NCBI GenBank assembly: GCA_963674745.2
Contig: CAXXDV010000003.1
Location: 1,824,001 to 1,888,000, forward strand
Reading direction: 5' to 3'
Source of the DNA: Desulfosudaceae bacterium
Lineage (GTDB): Bacteria > Desulfobacterota > Desulfobacteria > Desulfobacterales > Desulfosudaceae
Length of the DNA stretch: 64,000 nt
Positions 51,993 through 63,310 of the stretch are shown here, piece by piece; the first letter of the stretch is position 1, and the number at the start of each line of letters is the position of its first letter. Under the pieces are notes generated by a model, which worked only from the letters and a program-made list of their open reading frames with translations, searched no databases and was not told the origin of the DNA. The position numbers were made by a program, and so were the translations under genes.

Positions 51993-53092
51993 TATTTCAG
52001 ATCCTTATTGTTAAAAAAACAAACCAATTTATTAACTAATGAGGCGTTTTCCGAATGTGTCTTCAATGAAAAACGGACGTATCTTGAAGACAACCCGTAG
52101 AAATTTTCACAGTTCCGGATCAATATCTTTTGACGGCCAAGGTAACGACAAATGTCCTCAGCCCCGTCCTCTTGTTCCAGCGATGCCAGCATAAACGAGG
52201 TAACCGAAGAAAACACGTTAATACCCGTTATCGCTCCTAAACGGCCTGACAAGAACACTTTTTCAGCATCCAGGGCATTGACGGTTTCCGTCACAAAACG
52301 GCTGACGGCATCTTTGTTTTTCATCAGCCAGGCCACCGCTGCCTGGGACAGGCTGTTGACGCTCCAGGGCAGGCTGTAACCGTTCAGCCGTTTAACCAAC
52401 GGACGGGATGTATATACAAAACCAATCCGCAGGCCCGGAATTTTAAACAGCTTGGACATGGAATTCAATACAATGATATTCTCCGGAGCGTTTTCATCCA
52501 TCAGGCTCAACGCCTGCCCCCCAGGGACAAACCCGAGATAGGACTCATCCACAATAAAACGCACCCCGGAATGGATATGGCAGAGATTAAGAATAACCTT
52601 TCGGGGCATCAGCACCCCGGTGGGGTTGTTGGGATTACAGATAAAAACCGTGTCCGCGCCGGACTTTGTGACGGATTCGGAGATCCGGTCCGGATCATGA
52701 GCAAAGCCGCCGGCTTCATCGGTTATCAGAAATTCATACCGGACATTGTTCATACGGCAGGCGTCGGCATAATCGGCGTAAGTCGGGCCCAGAATGAGCA
52801 CCCGGTTGCTTTGAAGCGCCCGCGGCAGACAGTAGATAAACTGGGTCGATCCGTTTCCGGCCAGAACACGCTCTGGGTCAACACCATAATGATCGGCAAA
52901 AGCGCTTCTGATTCGGCCGGCGTCAACTTCCGGCAGCGCTGTGGCCAGGTCAAGGTTTTCCGCCAGAAACGCTACCAGGCCCGGGGGTGGGCCGAAGGGA
53001 TTGACGTTACTGCTCATGTCGACAATATCCGACGGCGCGCAGCCAAGCGCCTGTGCCAGATCGTAAATATTACCGCCATGTCCCTGTATCAT
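51992..53092 (-). CDS. cobD: Threonine-phosphate decarboxylase
   Basis: HGG, D.S.N.NP, CNPNNPTG, DESY, S.SK...PGLRIG motifs. Confidence 0.88.
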   Translation of the reverse strand: MIQGHGGNIYDLAQALGCAPSDIVDMSSNVNPFGPPPGLVAFLAENLDLATALPEVDAGRIRSAFADHYGVDPERVLAGNGSTQFIYCLPRALQSNRVLILGPTYADYADACRMNNVRYEFLITDEAGGFAHDPDRISESVTKSGADTVFICNPNNPTGVLMPRKVILNLCHIHSGVRFIVDESYLGFVPGGQALSLMDENAPENIIVLNSMSKLFKIPGLRIGFVYTSRPLVKRLNGYSLPWSVNSLSQAAVAWLMKNKDAVSRFVTETVNALDAEKVFLSGRLGAITGINVFSSVTSFMLASLEQEDGAEDICRYLGRQKILIRNCENFYGLSSRYVRFSLKTHSENASLVNKLVCFFNNKDLK

Positions 53093-53117
53093 ATCTACTA
53101 CGACCCCCTGCCTGGTG

Positions 53118-53840
53118 TTACCACGCCGCAACGCCGAGAAAAAGCACCACCTCGGAAATCTCGATCATGGCGCCCAACATATCGCCGGTGATACACCCGA
53201 TTTTACGTTTATAAAACAGCAATATGGCCAATATGGTCAGCGCCGACAGGCCATTGACCACAAAGCAGCGCCAGCCGGTCAAAAGCGAAAACGCTGCCAG
53301 GAGCAGGCACCAGCGGCAATCATACCAGGAAAGGGGCTCGTCAAAAAACGCCCGGGCCGTACCCTCGTCCTGCCGCCCATAACCGAGATACATAAAACCG
53401 AACAGCACCCCTGCCCGGGCATAAGCCGGAACCAGCATCAACAGAACAAACCGGCATTGATCCAGGCTGAAGATGCCGGCCCATTTGGCCAGCAGACAGC
53501 AAACCACCGCCACCACACCGATGGCGCCGGTACGGCTGTCTTTCATGATCTCAAGGGCCCGTTCCCGGGTCTTGCCGCCGTACAAACCGTCAACCGTGTC
53601 GGCCAGACCGTCCAGGTGCAGCCCGCCGCTGACAATAGCGAGAAACACAACATCAAGGACCGCCACCGCCGGTGCCGGCCAGAGCTGCATGGCCAGAAAA
53701 TCAAAAACCGCCGTCATCAGGCCGATGATCAAGCCGGCCGTGGGTAGAGACGTGACCAGGCGCCTGGGAGCGAATTCTCCGTCGCCTGCCCCCAGGGGCA
53801 GAATGGTGAAAAACCGCAAAGCTGAAAGAACGTCCTTCAT
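53118..53840 (-). CDS. cobS: Adenosylcobinamide-GDP ribazoletransferase
   Basis: GGLHLDGLADT.DG, IMKDSR.G, GD.LGA motifs. Confidence 0.93.
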   Translation of the reverse strand: MKDVLSALRFFTILPLGAGDGEFAPRRLVTSLPTAGLIIGLMTAVFDFLAMQLWPAPAVAVLDVVFLAIVSGGLHLDGLADTVDGLYGGKTRERALEIMKDSRTGAIGVVAVVCCLLAKWAGIFSLDQCRFVLLMLVPAYARAGVLFGFMYLGYGRQDEGTARAFFDEPLSWYDCRWCLLLAAFSLLTGWRCFVVNGLSALTILAILLFYKRKIGCITGDMLGAMIEISEVVLFLGVAAW

Positions 53841-54370
53841 CGGCCGTCTCCCTTGATAACCACCGGTATACCGGAGACCATCCAGACGACCTTATCGGCG
53901 GTGGCGGCTGTTCGCTGATTGGCCATTCCGGCCATGTCCCGAAACAGGCGCGATATTCGATCAGCCGGTACAATACCGCAGCCGACTTCGTTGGTTACCA
54001 GGATGACACTGCCGGCAGCATTAACCAGGGCCTGTTGTAACTGATCGATATATTTTTCGATACCATCCTGCTGACAGGTTTTTCCGAGAATATTGTTCAT
54101 CCACAGGGTCAGGCAATCCACCAGCACAACGGTATCCTTTGCCGCGGCCTGCTGAATAACAGAACTGATATCCAGAGGACATTCGATGGTTTCCCATTCC
54201 GGTCCCCGGTCTTGCTGATGACGGTCTACCCGGTCCTGCATCTCTGCATCAGCCGGCACGCAGGTGGCCAGAAAACATCGGCGGGTGACGTCCATAGCGG
54301 CTGCCAGGGCCAGGGCGTGCGCGCTTTTACCGCTTCTGCAGCCGCCGCTGACCAGTATAATTTCCTTCAT
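53837..54370 (-). CDS. cobU: Adenosylcobinamide kinase/guanylyltransferase
   Basis: GG.RSGKS, DCLTLW, NEVG.G motifs. Confidence 0.93.
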   Translation of the reverse strand: MKEIILVSGGCRSGKSAHALALAAAMDVTRRCFLATCVPADAEMQDRVDRHQQDRGPEWETIECPLDISSVIQQAAAKDTVVLVDCLTLWMNNILGKTCQQDGIEKYIDQLQQALVNAAGSVILVTNEVGCGIVPADRISRLFRDMAGMANQRTAATADKVVWMVSGIPVVIKGDGR

Positions 54371-54536
54371 GGCTTTCCTTCTAACACATAAAACTTTAAC
54401 ACGCTAAAACCCTAGAGCCTATTCAAGGTAACCGGACGTGTTCGTAACCACATAACCACTTAAACACATAATCACTTAAACACATAATCGCCTGAATTAG
54501 AAGACACCCCAAAAGCTAATGCATCAAATTAGAATT

Positions 54537-55583
54537 TTATTTATAACTATTTGATTTTAAAAAGCTCACATACCAACCCATGGAAACGGCCAACCCCTGG
54601 CGGATGTCATGGGTCGGGGCATAGCCCAGCCGGGTTCGGGCCTTTGAGATATCTGCCAGGGAATGGCGCACATCTCCCGGCCTGAAATCCCGGTATACCG
54701 GTTCACATTTCAGTATCCCGGGAAAACGGGCGCCGAGGTCTTCGCGCAGAAGCCCGAAAAGCGTGTTCAAGCTGGTACGCTCTCCAAAGGCGACATTGTA
54801 TACCTGGCTGGCCGCTTCGGGGTGGTCGGTCACGGCGGACAGCAGGTTGGCCTGAACAGCATTGTCGACATAGCAGAAATCGCGGCTGGTTTCACCATCA
54901 CCGTTGATGTAAATCGTCTGCCCGCGTAGCATGGCGCTTATCCACAGGGGAATGACCGCGGCATAAGCCCCTTCCGGATCCTGCCGGGGGCCGAACACAT
55001 TGAAGTAACGCAGGCCCACTGCCCGGGTACCATAGGTGTCGGCAAAAACATCGGCGTATATTTCATTGACCAGCTTGGTAACGGCATACGGCGACAGGGG
55101 TTTGCCGATATGTTCCTCTTTTTTGGGCAGATCCGGATGATCTCCATAGGTGGAACTGGAAGCCGCATAAACAAAGCGCCTGACCTTTTCATCCCGTGCC
55201 GCCACCAGCATGTTCAGAAAACCGGTGATATTGGCGGCATTGGTTAAAAGCGGGTTTTCAATGGAACGGGGCACAGACCCCAGCGCCCCCTGGTGAAGCA
55301 CAAAGTCAACGCCCCGGCAGGCTGTATGGCATATGTCCGGATCCCGGATATCGCCGTCAATCAGTGTAAATCGTTGCCATTGAAGGTCATCCACCAGGCC
55401 CCGGACTTCATCCAGGTTATGCCGGTAACCGGTGGCGAAATTATCCAGCCCGACCACCACCTGATCCAGCTTGAGCAACGTTTCCAGGATATTGGACCCG
55501 ATAAAACCGGCCACGCCGGTGACCAGCCAGGTGGCGGGCTCGGCCTTGAGCTGTTGTTTTAATGTTTCATAAGGTGTCGGCAT
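54537..55583 (-). CDS. UDP-GlcNAc C4-epimerase (WbpP/TviC-like SDR)
   Basis: [27 protein letters not shown] motifs. Confidence 0.9.
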   Translation of the reverse strand: MPTPYETLKQQLKAEPATWLVTGVAGFIGSNILETLLKLDQVVVGLDNFATGYRHNLDEVRGLVDDLQWQRFTLIDGDIRDPDICHTACRGVDFVLHQGALGSVPRSIENPLLTNAANITGFLNMLVAARDEKVRRFVYAASSSTYGDHPDLPKKEEHIGKPLSPYAVTKLVNEIYADVFADTYGTRAVGLRYFNVFGPRQDPEGAYAAVIPLWISAMLRGQTIYINGDGETSRDFCYVDNAVQANLLSAVTDHPEAASQVYNVAFGERTSLNTLFGLLREDLGARFPGILKCEPVYRDFRPGDVRHSLADISKARTRLGYAPTHDIRQGLAVSMGWYVSFLKSNSYK

Positions 55584-55680
55584 AATAATTAATTTATATC
55601 GTTAAGGGGTTGCCTGTTTAAGTGTTGATAAATACGCCAATCAGCCCTGTTTTGCAAGGTCAGTTTTCAGCCGGTTGATA

Positions 55681-56184
55681 CTATCTTTCCAGGACCGTTA
55701 CACTTTCAATATTTGTAAACAGCCAGCCAGCCTCAACTTTTTCCAGGGAAAAAACCAGTTCGTGAATTTCCCGCACCGGATCACCGGCGTTGGCCTCGGC
55801 GCTGACAAAAGCGGTTACATCGACTTCGGCCAGGCCGTCCTGCGGGAATACGATATTAAAATCATAAAAATTAATGGACAGGTTTGTGTACCGTGACCGC
55901 GCCATCATCACATAGGGGTGGACATCCTTTCCGGAAAAGGTCCGGTCTACATCGTAACCCGGCAGATAGACCCGGCATTCCTCGGCAAACATATCGCCGA
56001 TATGCCTGGCTTTTGCGGCACTGACCAGATTGTTTTCCGGCGATTCTTTGGCCATCTGGTCGGCCAGATAGTGGAACCGCCTTTTGACAACGGCGGCATC
56101 ACTGTAATAATAAACGAAAAAACCGATAATACCCACCACCGCAATAACGGCGGCAACCGGAACGACTGTTTTTGACTTTACCAT
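55681..56184 (-). CDS. Membrane-anchored NTF2/SnoaL-like hypothetical protein
   Basis: N-terminal TM; coupled to lepB. Confidence 0.65.
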   Translation of the reverse strand: MVKSKTVVPVAAVIAVVGIIGFFVYYYSDAAVVKRRFHYLADQMAKESPENNLVSAAKARHIGDMFAEECRVYLPGYDVDRTFSGKDVHPYVMMARSRYTNLSINFYDFNIVFPQDGLAEVDVTAFVSAEANAGDPVREIHELVFSLEKVEAGWLFTNIESVTVLER

Positions 56185-56675
56185 AACGGCACTCCTGTTA
56201 TCCGGCGGACCGGGGTTTGTCCGAATTGGTGCCTTTCCATGGGCACACTGCGGTTGTCTCCGACAACATAAACATGTCCGGGTTTCACCCGGCGGGGCTC
56301 AAGATCCCAGTCGCAGGGACCGCTCACGTAAGGCTCTTTAACCGGCGCCTGATTGACGAACAGGCGGCCGTTTCGGAAAGCCACCGTATCATCGGCCAGG
56401 GCGACAATTCTTTTTAACAGCATGACCCTGTTTCCGGCCAGGCGGATGGTCACCACGTCGTTTCGCTTTGGGCTGGAAAAAAGATAGGCCGGTGTAAAAC
56501 AGAAATTTATCCGCCCGTCCCGGTAGGTCGGCCACATGCTGTCGCCATCGATACGAAAAGGGATCAGCAGGTATTTAAAAACTATAAAAGCGGTGACCGT
56601 TACGATCAGGATGCGAACCAGGTATTTCCGGTTAATTTTCGGAAATAAAAATTTCTTTATTCTGTTTTCGGTCAT
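56178..56675 (-). CDS. lepB: Signal peptidase I
   Basis: SM.PT, KRI, GDNR motifs. Confidence 0.88.
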   Translation of the reverse strand: MTENRIKKFLFPKINRKYLVRILIVTVTAFIVFKYLLIPFRIDGDSMWPTYRDGRINFCFTPAYLFSSPKRNDVVTIRLAGNRVMLLKRIVALADDTVAFRNGRLFVNQAPVKEPYVSGPCDWDLEPRRVKPGHVYVVGDNRSVPMERHQFGQTPVRRITGVPLW

Positions 56676-56811
56676 TAACACTCTTTTAAAAAATTGGGGG
56701 ATGCGCTCCGGCACTTTCCGATTAAAAAACCGAAAAAACTTTGTATATAGCGTAAATATGGTACAATAAAAACAAGTCAGTCAATCTTTCTTTTTCAAGG
56801 AGGATCTCGAC

Positions 56812-58314
56812 ATGAACAATTCTTCCCACCACTACCATCGTCTTACCGGTTATGACCGTCACCACATGTCACCCCATCGTCTGGACTGGGCGGGGCAGCC
56901 ACAGCTTGACAAACACTACCCCGACCTGCCGATTGTCAACCTGCCTGAGCCTTCTAAGCTGTATAAGGCAGGTTTATGGGATGTGCTGACCGGTAAAATC
57001 AAACCCGGGCAAGAAGCCGCCCCTGATCTGCAGCAGATATCAAGAGCCCTTTACCTGGCCAACGGGCTGACCGGCCGGTCCCGGCAGGGAAACGGCTATT
57101 TTTATTTTCGCAGTCCGCCTTCGGCCGGCGCACTTTACCCGAATGAGCTCTATCTGGCCTGGTTCAACACAAACGATGAGCTGGAAGCCGGTATTTACTA
57201 TTATGACACCTATCAGCGCCGCCTGCTCTGCATTCGCCGGGCAGACTGCCGCGCCTTCTTTCCGGAAACAGACAACCACACCTGCGGTCTTTTGTTGATG
57301 ACCGGCATATTCTTCCGAAGTGCCTGGAAATACCGTAAACGCGCCTTCCGTTACGTCCTGCTGGACGGCGGGCATCTGCTGGAAAGCACCCGGCTGGCCC
57401 TGACGGCCATGGGACGGAAAAGCGTTCTTGCCTATGATTTTGACGATGATCAATATAACCGTCTGCTGGGTCTGGATACGGACCGGGAAGTCTGCCTGGC
57501 GACCATCACCATCAACGGCCCGGAAGTAACCGGCGTTTCTTCTCTTTCGGAGATGTCTGAGCTTTCACCGGCAATTGCCGAAGCCAGCCGGGTATCTCCC
57601 CGTGAAACCGTTTATGACGAAATTACCGAAACATACCGGGCTGGAAAATCGATTCCCACCTCTGCCGCAAAGCCCCCCCGATTGGACTCGGACGATCTGG
57701 GCCTGCGTGTTAGCACCTGGAAGCCCATTAAGCCGCTTGCACCTGAAAATGACGATCCGGTCAGTCTGAACTATGCGGAATCGGTTCTGCGTCGGCGTTC
57801 GAAACGGAACTTCGTCCCCGAACCCGTTTCCGAGGCGCAACTCCTGAGTGTACTGGGAATGATCCGCCGGGCCTGCCTGGCCGGTGGTCAGGCGTTTCCG
57901 AATGCATCAAAAACCGTTCAAACGGGCTTTCTCTCCTGGGGTGTGGACAACATGAAACCGGGTTTTTATCTGCTGGATCCTTTTTCGGGAACTATCGGCA
58001 GCGTGCATGATATGGATTTGATCCCGCAGATGACCTCAGCCTGTCTGGATCAGGCCTGGCTTAAAAACGCGGCCCTGCATTTTCTCTTTATGACCAACCT
58101 GGCAAAACTGGATGACGACATGGGGGCCAGGGGATATCGATACGCCATGATGACCGCCGGCCGCCTGGGGCATATCATTTACCTGGCCGCCACATCAATG
58201 GGGCTGGGCTGTTGCGGCATCGGCGCTTTTTATGATCGCGAGGCCGAACAACTGCTGGGGTTGAACCGGGACGCGACACTGCTGTATCTGGTGGCAGTGG
58301 GACAAACGCGATAA
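56812..58314 (+). CDS. SagB/ThcOx-family nitroreductase (two domains)
   Basis: PSAGALYP, KY..RA.RY..LD.GH, RRS.R, GIGAF.D motifs. Confidence 0.88.
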   Translation: MNNSSHHYHRLTGYDRHHMSPHRLDWAGQPQLDKHYPDLPIVNLPEPSKLYKAGLWDVLTGKIKPGQEAAPDLQQISRALYLANGLTGRSRQGNGYFYFRSPPSAGALYPNELYLAWFNTNDELEAGIYYYDTYQRRLLCIRRADCRAFFPETDNHTCGLLLMTGIFFRSAWKYRKRAFRYVLLDGGHLLESTRLALTAMGRKSVLAYDFDDDQYNRLLGLDTDREVCLATITINGPEVTGVSSLSEMSELSPAIAEASRVSPRETVYDEITETYRAGKSIPTSAAKPPRLDSDDLGLRVSTWKPIKPLAPENDDPVSLNYAESVLRRRSKRNFVPEPVSEAQLLSVLGMIRRACLAGGQAFPNASKTVQTGFLSWGVDNMKPGFYLLDPFSGTIGSVHDMDLIPQMTSACLDQAWLKNAALHFLFMTNLAKLDDDMGARGYRYAMMTAGRLGHIIYLAATSMGLGCCGIGAFYDREAEQLLGLNRDATLLYLVAVGQTR

Positions 58315-58325
58315 AACAGCCGACG

Positions 58326-58488
58326 GGCAGGCACGGGGGCCTGCCCCTACATTATTCATAAACGTCCGCCCTGGCCCGTAGGAGCAACCCCCTGTGGTTG
58401 CCCATCACCGGGCAGGCACGGGGGCCTGCCCCTACACCATATATGAACGACCTCCACGGCCCGTAGGAGCAACCCCCTGTGGTTGCCC
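58326..58488. repeat. REP-like palindrome cluster (GTAG type)
   Basis: Two copies each of GGGCAGGCACGGGGGCCTGCCCCTAC and GTAGGAGCAACCCCCTGTGGTTGCCC between convergent genes. Confidence 0.75.
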
Positions 58489-58498
58489 TTTTACCAAG

Positions 58499-59296
58499 CT
58501 AGCTGATATCCACGACCATCCGCTCGATTGATCGCCCGTCCGCCAGCGCATAAACACATTTTTTCATCCGCAAACGGTCTTCCGCAAACAACTGGACGCA
58601 AGCCGGGTAAAGTTGCCACTCTAAATTAAGGCCCTTTTTCCGGACATTCTCAATCGTATCATCGGGCTGAATTTCAAAAGCCCGTTGCCCGATGATCGGG
58701 CCGGTATCTTCACCGTAATCAATAAAATGAACGGTGCACCCGCCGACTTTGCATCCATACCGGAACGTATCGCCATAACCGTCCACGCCCGGGAATGACG
58801 GCAGCAGGGCCGGATGAATGTTCATAATCCGGGGATGTTCCGGGTCCTTGTTGACCCGGTCAATAAAATACGGTGTCAGATTTCGCATGAAACCGGCCAG
58901 GATCAGCAGGTCAAAAGGACTGGCCGACATATGTGACAGCAATTGATGTTCGGCCACGGCCCGGGACGTTAAAAAGGCCCGGGCTTTATCGTCCGGAAGA
59001 TCTCCCGGAAGCAAGGCGGTCTTGCGAAACACCGCCTTCAAATCGAAATCATCGGGAACGGCCAGGGAATCCGGCGCTTGCCCCCCCGGCACCTGCCGGA
59101 ACTCCCGGATGATCTGCCGGTAATCAACGAAAAAGGTCGGTACGCCTGCCGCACGGGCTTTTTCAAGGCCGGCGGCGTCTGGATTATCAGCACCCACAAA
59201 AACCATTGTGCCGTCAATTTTACCTGCCTTGCAGGCGTCCAGTACAGCTGTCATGTTGGTGCCGGTTCCGGAAATCAAGGCGCCGATACGTATCAT
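58499..59296 (-). CDS. purN: Phosphoribosylglycinamide formyltransferase
   Basis: ISG.GTN, LAGFM, NIHPALLP, G.TVH..D..DTGPII motifs. Confidence 0.93.
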   Translation of the reverse strand: MIRIGALISGTGTNMTAVLDACKAGKIDGTMVFVGADNPDAAGLEKARAAGVPTFFVDYRQIIREFRQVPGGQAPDSLAVPDDFDLKAVFRKTALLPGDLPDDKARAFLTSRAVAEHQLLSHMSASPFDLLILAGFMRNLTPYFIDRVNKDPEHPRIMNIHPALLPSFPGVDGYGDTFRYGCKVGGCTVHFIDYGEDTGPIIGQRAFEIQPDDTIENVRKKGLNLEWQLYPACVQLFAEDRLRMKKCVYALADGRSIERMVVDIS

Positions 59297-59419
59297 GGTG
59301 ATTAGTCCTTGCCAGGTTAAACCAGTTATGGAATAAATTGTAATAAACTATACTCATGATTGAGGCGGTGTTTCAAGATAAAACCGCCGGAACAAACGTC
59401 GACTCGATACAGGTTTAGC

Positions 59420-60670
59420 ATGCAGTCTTTCGATGTCATCATCATCGGCGCCGGGCCGGCCGGTGCGACATGTGCCCGGCAACTGGCTCGCAGAAACATG
59501 CGTGTTCTGCTTCTGGACAAGGCCCGTTTCCCCCGGACAAAACCTTGCGGCGGTGGCTTTTCTCAAAAAGCCAGAGACCTGTTTGATTTTGATTTATCCG
59601 CCGTCATTGAAGCAGAGATCACCGAAGCCGAGATATCCCTGCGCTCCAGGAACCCGGCCCTGGTCAATCGACCCGATGGTGCCGGATATATGATCACCCG
59701 GGACAAATTTGACACATTGCTGGTCAAAAAAGCGATCGAAGCAGGCACCGAGGTGCATGAACAGGAGGCCTTTGTCAAGCTGCATCCGGAAAAAACCGGC
59801 TGGGTGGTCAAAACCGAACGTGATCAATACTATGGCGACTTTCTGGTCGGTACCGACGGTGCGGTATCCAGAACCGCCCGAGCCCTCGGGCTGATGCGCG
59901 GTTTTGACCGATATGCACCGGCGCTGACCGCTGAAGTCGAGATATCTTCCGACCAGCTTAAATCTTTTACACACCGTGTCAGCTTTGATTTTCACGTGGT
60001 TAAAAAAGGATATGCCTGGATTTTCCCCAAATCGGACCATTTATCCGTCGGCGTATTTTCCACCATATTGCGCCAGAAAGGCATGAATGCCATTCTGCTG
60101 AAGTTCATCAACAATCATGAACTCCTGCAGGGGAAAAAAATCCGCTACTGGAAAGGGGGCTTGATCCCCAGGGGAGGGACACCGCATCCGCTGGTCAAAG
60201 ACAGTGCCCTGCTGGCCGGAGACGCCGCCGCCATGACCGATCCTTTTTTCGGAGAAGGCATATACTATGCCGCCAGGTCGGGGATGCTGGCCGCCGAAGC
60301 CATCGGGAAAGCCGTAAACGAAGGAACCGGTTCCCTCCAGCATTATGAACAGGTCATTAACCGGGAAATTACCCGTGATCTCTGGTGGGCCAGGGTATTC
60401 AACTTCGGATTTTACCGGTTCCCCTTTGTTTTTTACCCGGCCGTGCGTCACTCCAGTCGCCTTCAGCAACTTATCATTGATGTCAACAGCGGCCGGATAA
60501 GCTGGCGGGAAAGTGTCCGTGAACTGGTCCGCACCCTCCCCTTGTGGGTCTCACAAGCACTACTCCCCCTAGCCCGAATATTTCACGAACAGGGGCGACC
60601 CGCCGGTCGCCCCTACGCCCTTGGCAACAAATTAGTACCCTCGAGACACGGAACCCGAAAAAACACATAA
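59420..60670 (+). CDS. Geranylgeranyl reductase family flavoprotein
   Basis: GAGPAG, KPCGG, GYAWIFP, GDAA...GEGI motifs. Confidence 0.9.
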   Translation: MQSFDVIIIGAGPAGATCARQLARRNMRVLLLDKARFPRTKPCGGGFSQKARDLFDFDLSAVIEAEITEAEISLRSRNPALVNRPDGAGYMITRDKFDTLLVKKAIEAGTEVHEQEAFVKLHPEKTGWVVKTERDQYYGDFLVGTDGAVSRTARALGLMRGFDRYAPALTAEVEISSDQLKSFTHRVSFDFHVVKKGYAWIFPKSDHLSVGVFSTILRQKGMNAILLKFINNHELLQGKKIRYWKGGLIPRGGTPHPLVKDSALLAGDAAAMTDPFFGEGIYYAARSGMLAAEAIGKAVNEGTGSLQHYEQVINREITRDLWWARVFNFGFYRFPFVFYPAVRHSSRLQQLIIDVNSGRISWRESVRELVRTLPLWVSQALLPLARIFHEQGRPAGRPYALGNKLVPSRHGTRKNT

Positions 60671-60867
60671 ACGCCCATATAATCAAACGCTTAATAATAT
60701 AAATGCTGTTACCAACCGGGCACCCATATATTTAAATTCATTGACCGTGATAAGCATTTCTGATATAATTTAAAAGTTAGAATTAAGGTTTATAAACCTT
60801 GCCCGGTTGGAGACTGGACTTGTAGAAAATAGACCTGAGAAGAACCTGGAGAGCTGAAACTGCTGTG

Positions 60868-61542
60868 ATGAAAAAAGTTATTTGGGCCGGGTTTTTAACC
60901 CTGACCATTCTGTTAATCCTTATTGATGCCGGTATCAGTGCTGAGCGTGACTGGACCCACCTTTTCGCCAAGGACGGAATTGATGTTTATTACAAAACCT
61001 ATCCCGGCACCCCTGTCTGTGCCTTTAAAGGCGTCGGCTTTGTGAATGCCGGTATGGCGGTTGTCCGTTCCGTTCTCCAGGATATTTCCGCCTACCCCCA
61101 ATGGATGGCCCGATGCAAAGAGTCGGTGATTCTGAAAAACGTCGATCCTGATACCAGAATCTTCTACGGCGTGGTTGACACGCCCCTTCCTTTTAAAGAC
61201 CGGGACATGATTTTAAGCAACCGGACGATTCATCATCCCGACAAAGGACGGGCTGAAATCATTTTTGATCTGTCTGACCAGGGGATTGTCCCGCCCAGAA
61301 AAAAATATTTCAGGGTTACGGAACTTTCCGGCAAGTACATTCTTGAAAAAATCGACTGCAACAAAACCCGGGTCACTTTTATCTACCAGGGCGATCCCGG
61401 CGGCAAAATTCCCGTTGCCATTGCCAACTGGCTTGAAAGCAGGTATTATCCCCATCGTATTTTAATGGGGTTACGGGAAATGGTAAAAAAAGATAAATAT
61501 CTTTCATCAGCGCGGTCTGATAGTGACCTGAACCGGAACTGA
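60868..61542 (+). CDS. START-domain protein
   Basis: W.....DGI.VY, P.PF.DRD, DPGG.IP motifs. Confidence 0.8.
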   Translation: MKKVIWAGFLTLTILLILIDAGISAERDWTHLFAKDGIDVYYKTYPGTPVCAFKGVGFVNAGMAVVRSVLQDISAYPQWMARCKESVILKNVDPDTRIFYGVVDTPLPFKDRDMILSNRTIHHPDKGRAEIIFDLSDQGIVPPRKKYFRVTELSGKYILEKIDCNKTRVTFIYQGDPGGKIPVAIANWLESRYYPHRILMGLREMVKKDKYLSSARSDSDLNRN

Positions 61543-61655
61543 TCCAACCTGGAAAGACTCGGCCGTCTCCAGGTCCAGTCTTTTAAGCAACATAGCGCTG
61601 CTCCACGCAATGAAGTCAGAAGTTTTAGGTTTTATGTTCCTGGACGTACAAGTCA

Positions 61656-63167
61656 GTGCGCCGGAAAAAACACAGGGCTCCTATCCATTTGCTGCTTAAA
61701 ACGAAAATTTTGGGAAGAGGACATCTACGTCACTTTGTTTTGATGTGCGTCGTCCTATTGATTGTGGCCTGCAGCCAACCGCCGGCCGACAACCAGGTAA
61801 ATGAGGGTGAGGGGCACCGGCTGGATGCCCACCTTTCAAAGGCATATACCGACGATCTTCCCGGCCTGTTAAAAAGAAAATATATCCGTGTTCTCACCAC
61901 CATGAACCGGACAAACTTTTTCCTGGTAGACGGCCGGCTCCATGGCTTTGAATACTCCCTGCTTAAAGCCTATGAAAAACAACTGAACAAAAGTATCGGC
62001 CGCAATGAACTGAAAGTGACCATGGAATTTATTCCTGTTCCCCGGGACCGGTTGTTACCCGGTCTGGTGGAAGGAATCGGAGACATCGCCGCCGCCGGCC
62101 TGACCATTACCCAACAACGACAGGAAAGCATCGATTTCACAAGGCCCTACCTGACCGGGGTGGATGAAGTGCTTGTCAGCCACAAGCAGGTCAAGCCACC
62201 GCCCGACCTTGATGCGTTATCTGGCCAGGAAATTTTTGTAAGGAAAAGCAGCAGTTATTATGACAGCCTGCTGAGCTTGAATCATCACCTGTCTGAAAAA
62301 GGTCTTAAACCGGTAATAATCGAAGCGGCCGATGAAACCCTTGAAACCGAAGACATCCTTGAAATGGTCAACACCGGCGCCATCAAGCGGACCATTGCTG
62401 ACAGTCATCTGGCCGGGATCTGGTCCAATGTACTCGAAAATATACATGTGTATGAAAGCATTAAATTTCGTGAAGAAAGCAAAATCGCCTGGGCCGTCCG
62501 GGAGGACAATCCGCAATTGAAACAGAGCCTGGATACTTTCTTAAAGACCCACCGTAAAGGCACGCTGCTGGGGAACATCTTTTTCAACCGCTATTATAAA
62601 GACAACGCCTGGATCCAAAATCCGCTTGAAAACAGCGACAGTCAAAAAGTGAAGGCGCTCAAGCCTTTGATTGAAAAGTATGCCGACCGTTACGGTTTTG
62701 ACTGGCGGTTGATTCTGGCCATGGCTTATCAGGAATCTGGCCTGGACCCGGATAAAAAAAGCGACAAGGGCGCAACAGGACTCCTGCAACTCCTGCCGTC
62801 TACCGCCGCCGATCCCAATGTGAACATCAAAAACATCAGTGACCTTGAGAACAATATCCACGCCGGTATCAAATACCTGGACTTTCTCAGAGACCGTTAC
62901 TTCGCAGACAGCCGCATCCTTCCCCGGGACCGGGTCAGATTCTCTCTGGCATCCTATAATGCCGGCCCGGCCAATATCCGCCGGGCCAGGGCAAAGGCGA
63001 CAGAAATGGGGCTTGACCCGGATCGCTGGTTCCGAAACGTGGAGGTGGCTGCCCTGCAATCCATCAGCCGGGAACCGGTACTATACGTCAGTAACATCAA
63101 TAAATACTACGTGATTTACCAGAACGCCTTACCCGGAGAAGGTGAAGATGAGCCACAGCGGCCATAG
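61656..63167 (+). CDS. MltF-like lytic transglycosylase (SBP + SLT); start uncertain
   Basis: GFEY, D.AAAGLT, YQES, GL.Q, ASYNAG motifs. Confidence 0.88.
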   Translation: MRRKKHRAPIHLLLKTKILGRGHLRHFVLMCVVLLIVACSQPPADNQVNEGEGHRLDAHLSKAYTDDLPGLLKRKYIRVLTTMNRTNFFLVDGRLHGFEYSLLKAYEKQLNKSIGRNELKVTMEFIPVPRDRLLPGLVEGIGDIAAAGLTITQQRQESIDFTRPYLTGVDEVLVSHKQVKPPPDLDALSGQEIFVRKSSSYYDSLLSLNHHLSEKGLKPVIIEAADETLETEDILEMVNTGAIKRTIADSHLAGIWSNVLENIHVYESIKFREESKIAWAVREDNPQLKQSLDTFLKTHRKGTLLGNIFFNRYYKDNAWIQNPLENSDSQKVKALKPLIEKYADRYGFDWRLILAMAYQESGLDPDKKSDKGATGLLQLLPSTAADPNVNIKNISDLENNIHAGIKYLDFLRDRYFADSRILPRDRVRFSLASYNAGPANIRRARAKATEMGLDPDRWFRNVEVAALQSISREPVLYVSNINKYYVIYQNALPGEGEDEPQRP

Positions 63168-63310
63168 CGGATACTTGCCCGTCCCCCTGTTGGTGCCCTT
63201 TTATCGGGCGGCCACAGGGAACCGCCCCTACAACATTTGCAGGCATCCTGCAACAAAAGGGAACCATCTAGGGCAACTCACCCGAAGGGTGAAGTGTCCG
63301 GGCTAAAGGC

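Noticed and set aside
54440..54490. Short AACACATA/ATCACTTA tandem repeat
   Set aside because: Low-complexity intergenic repeat with no supportable function.
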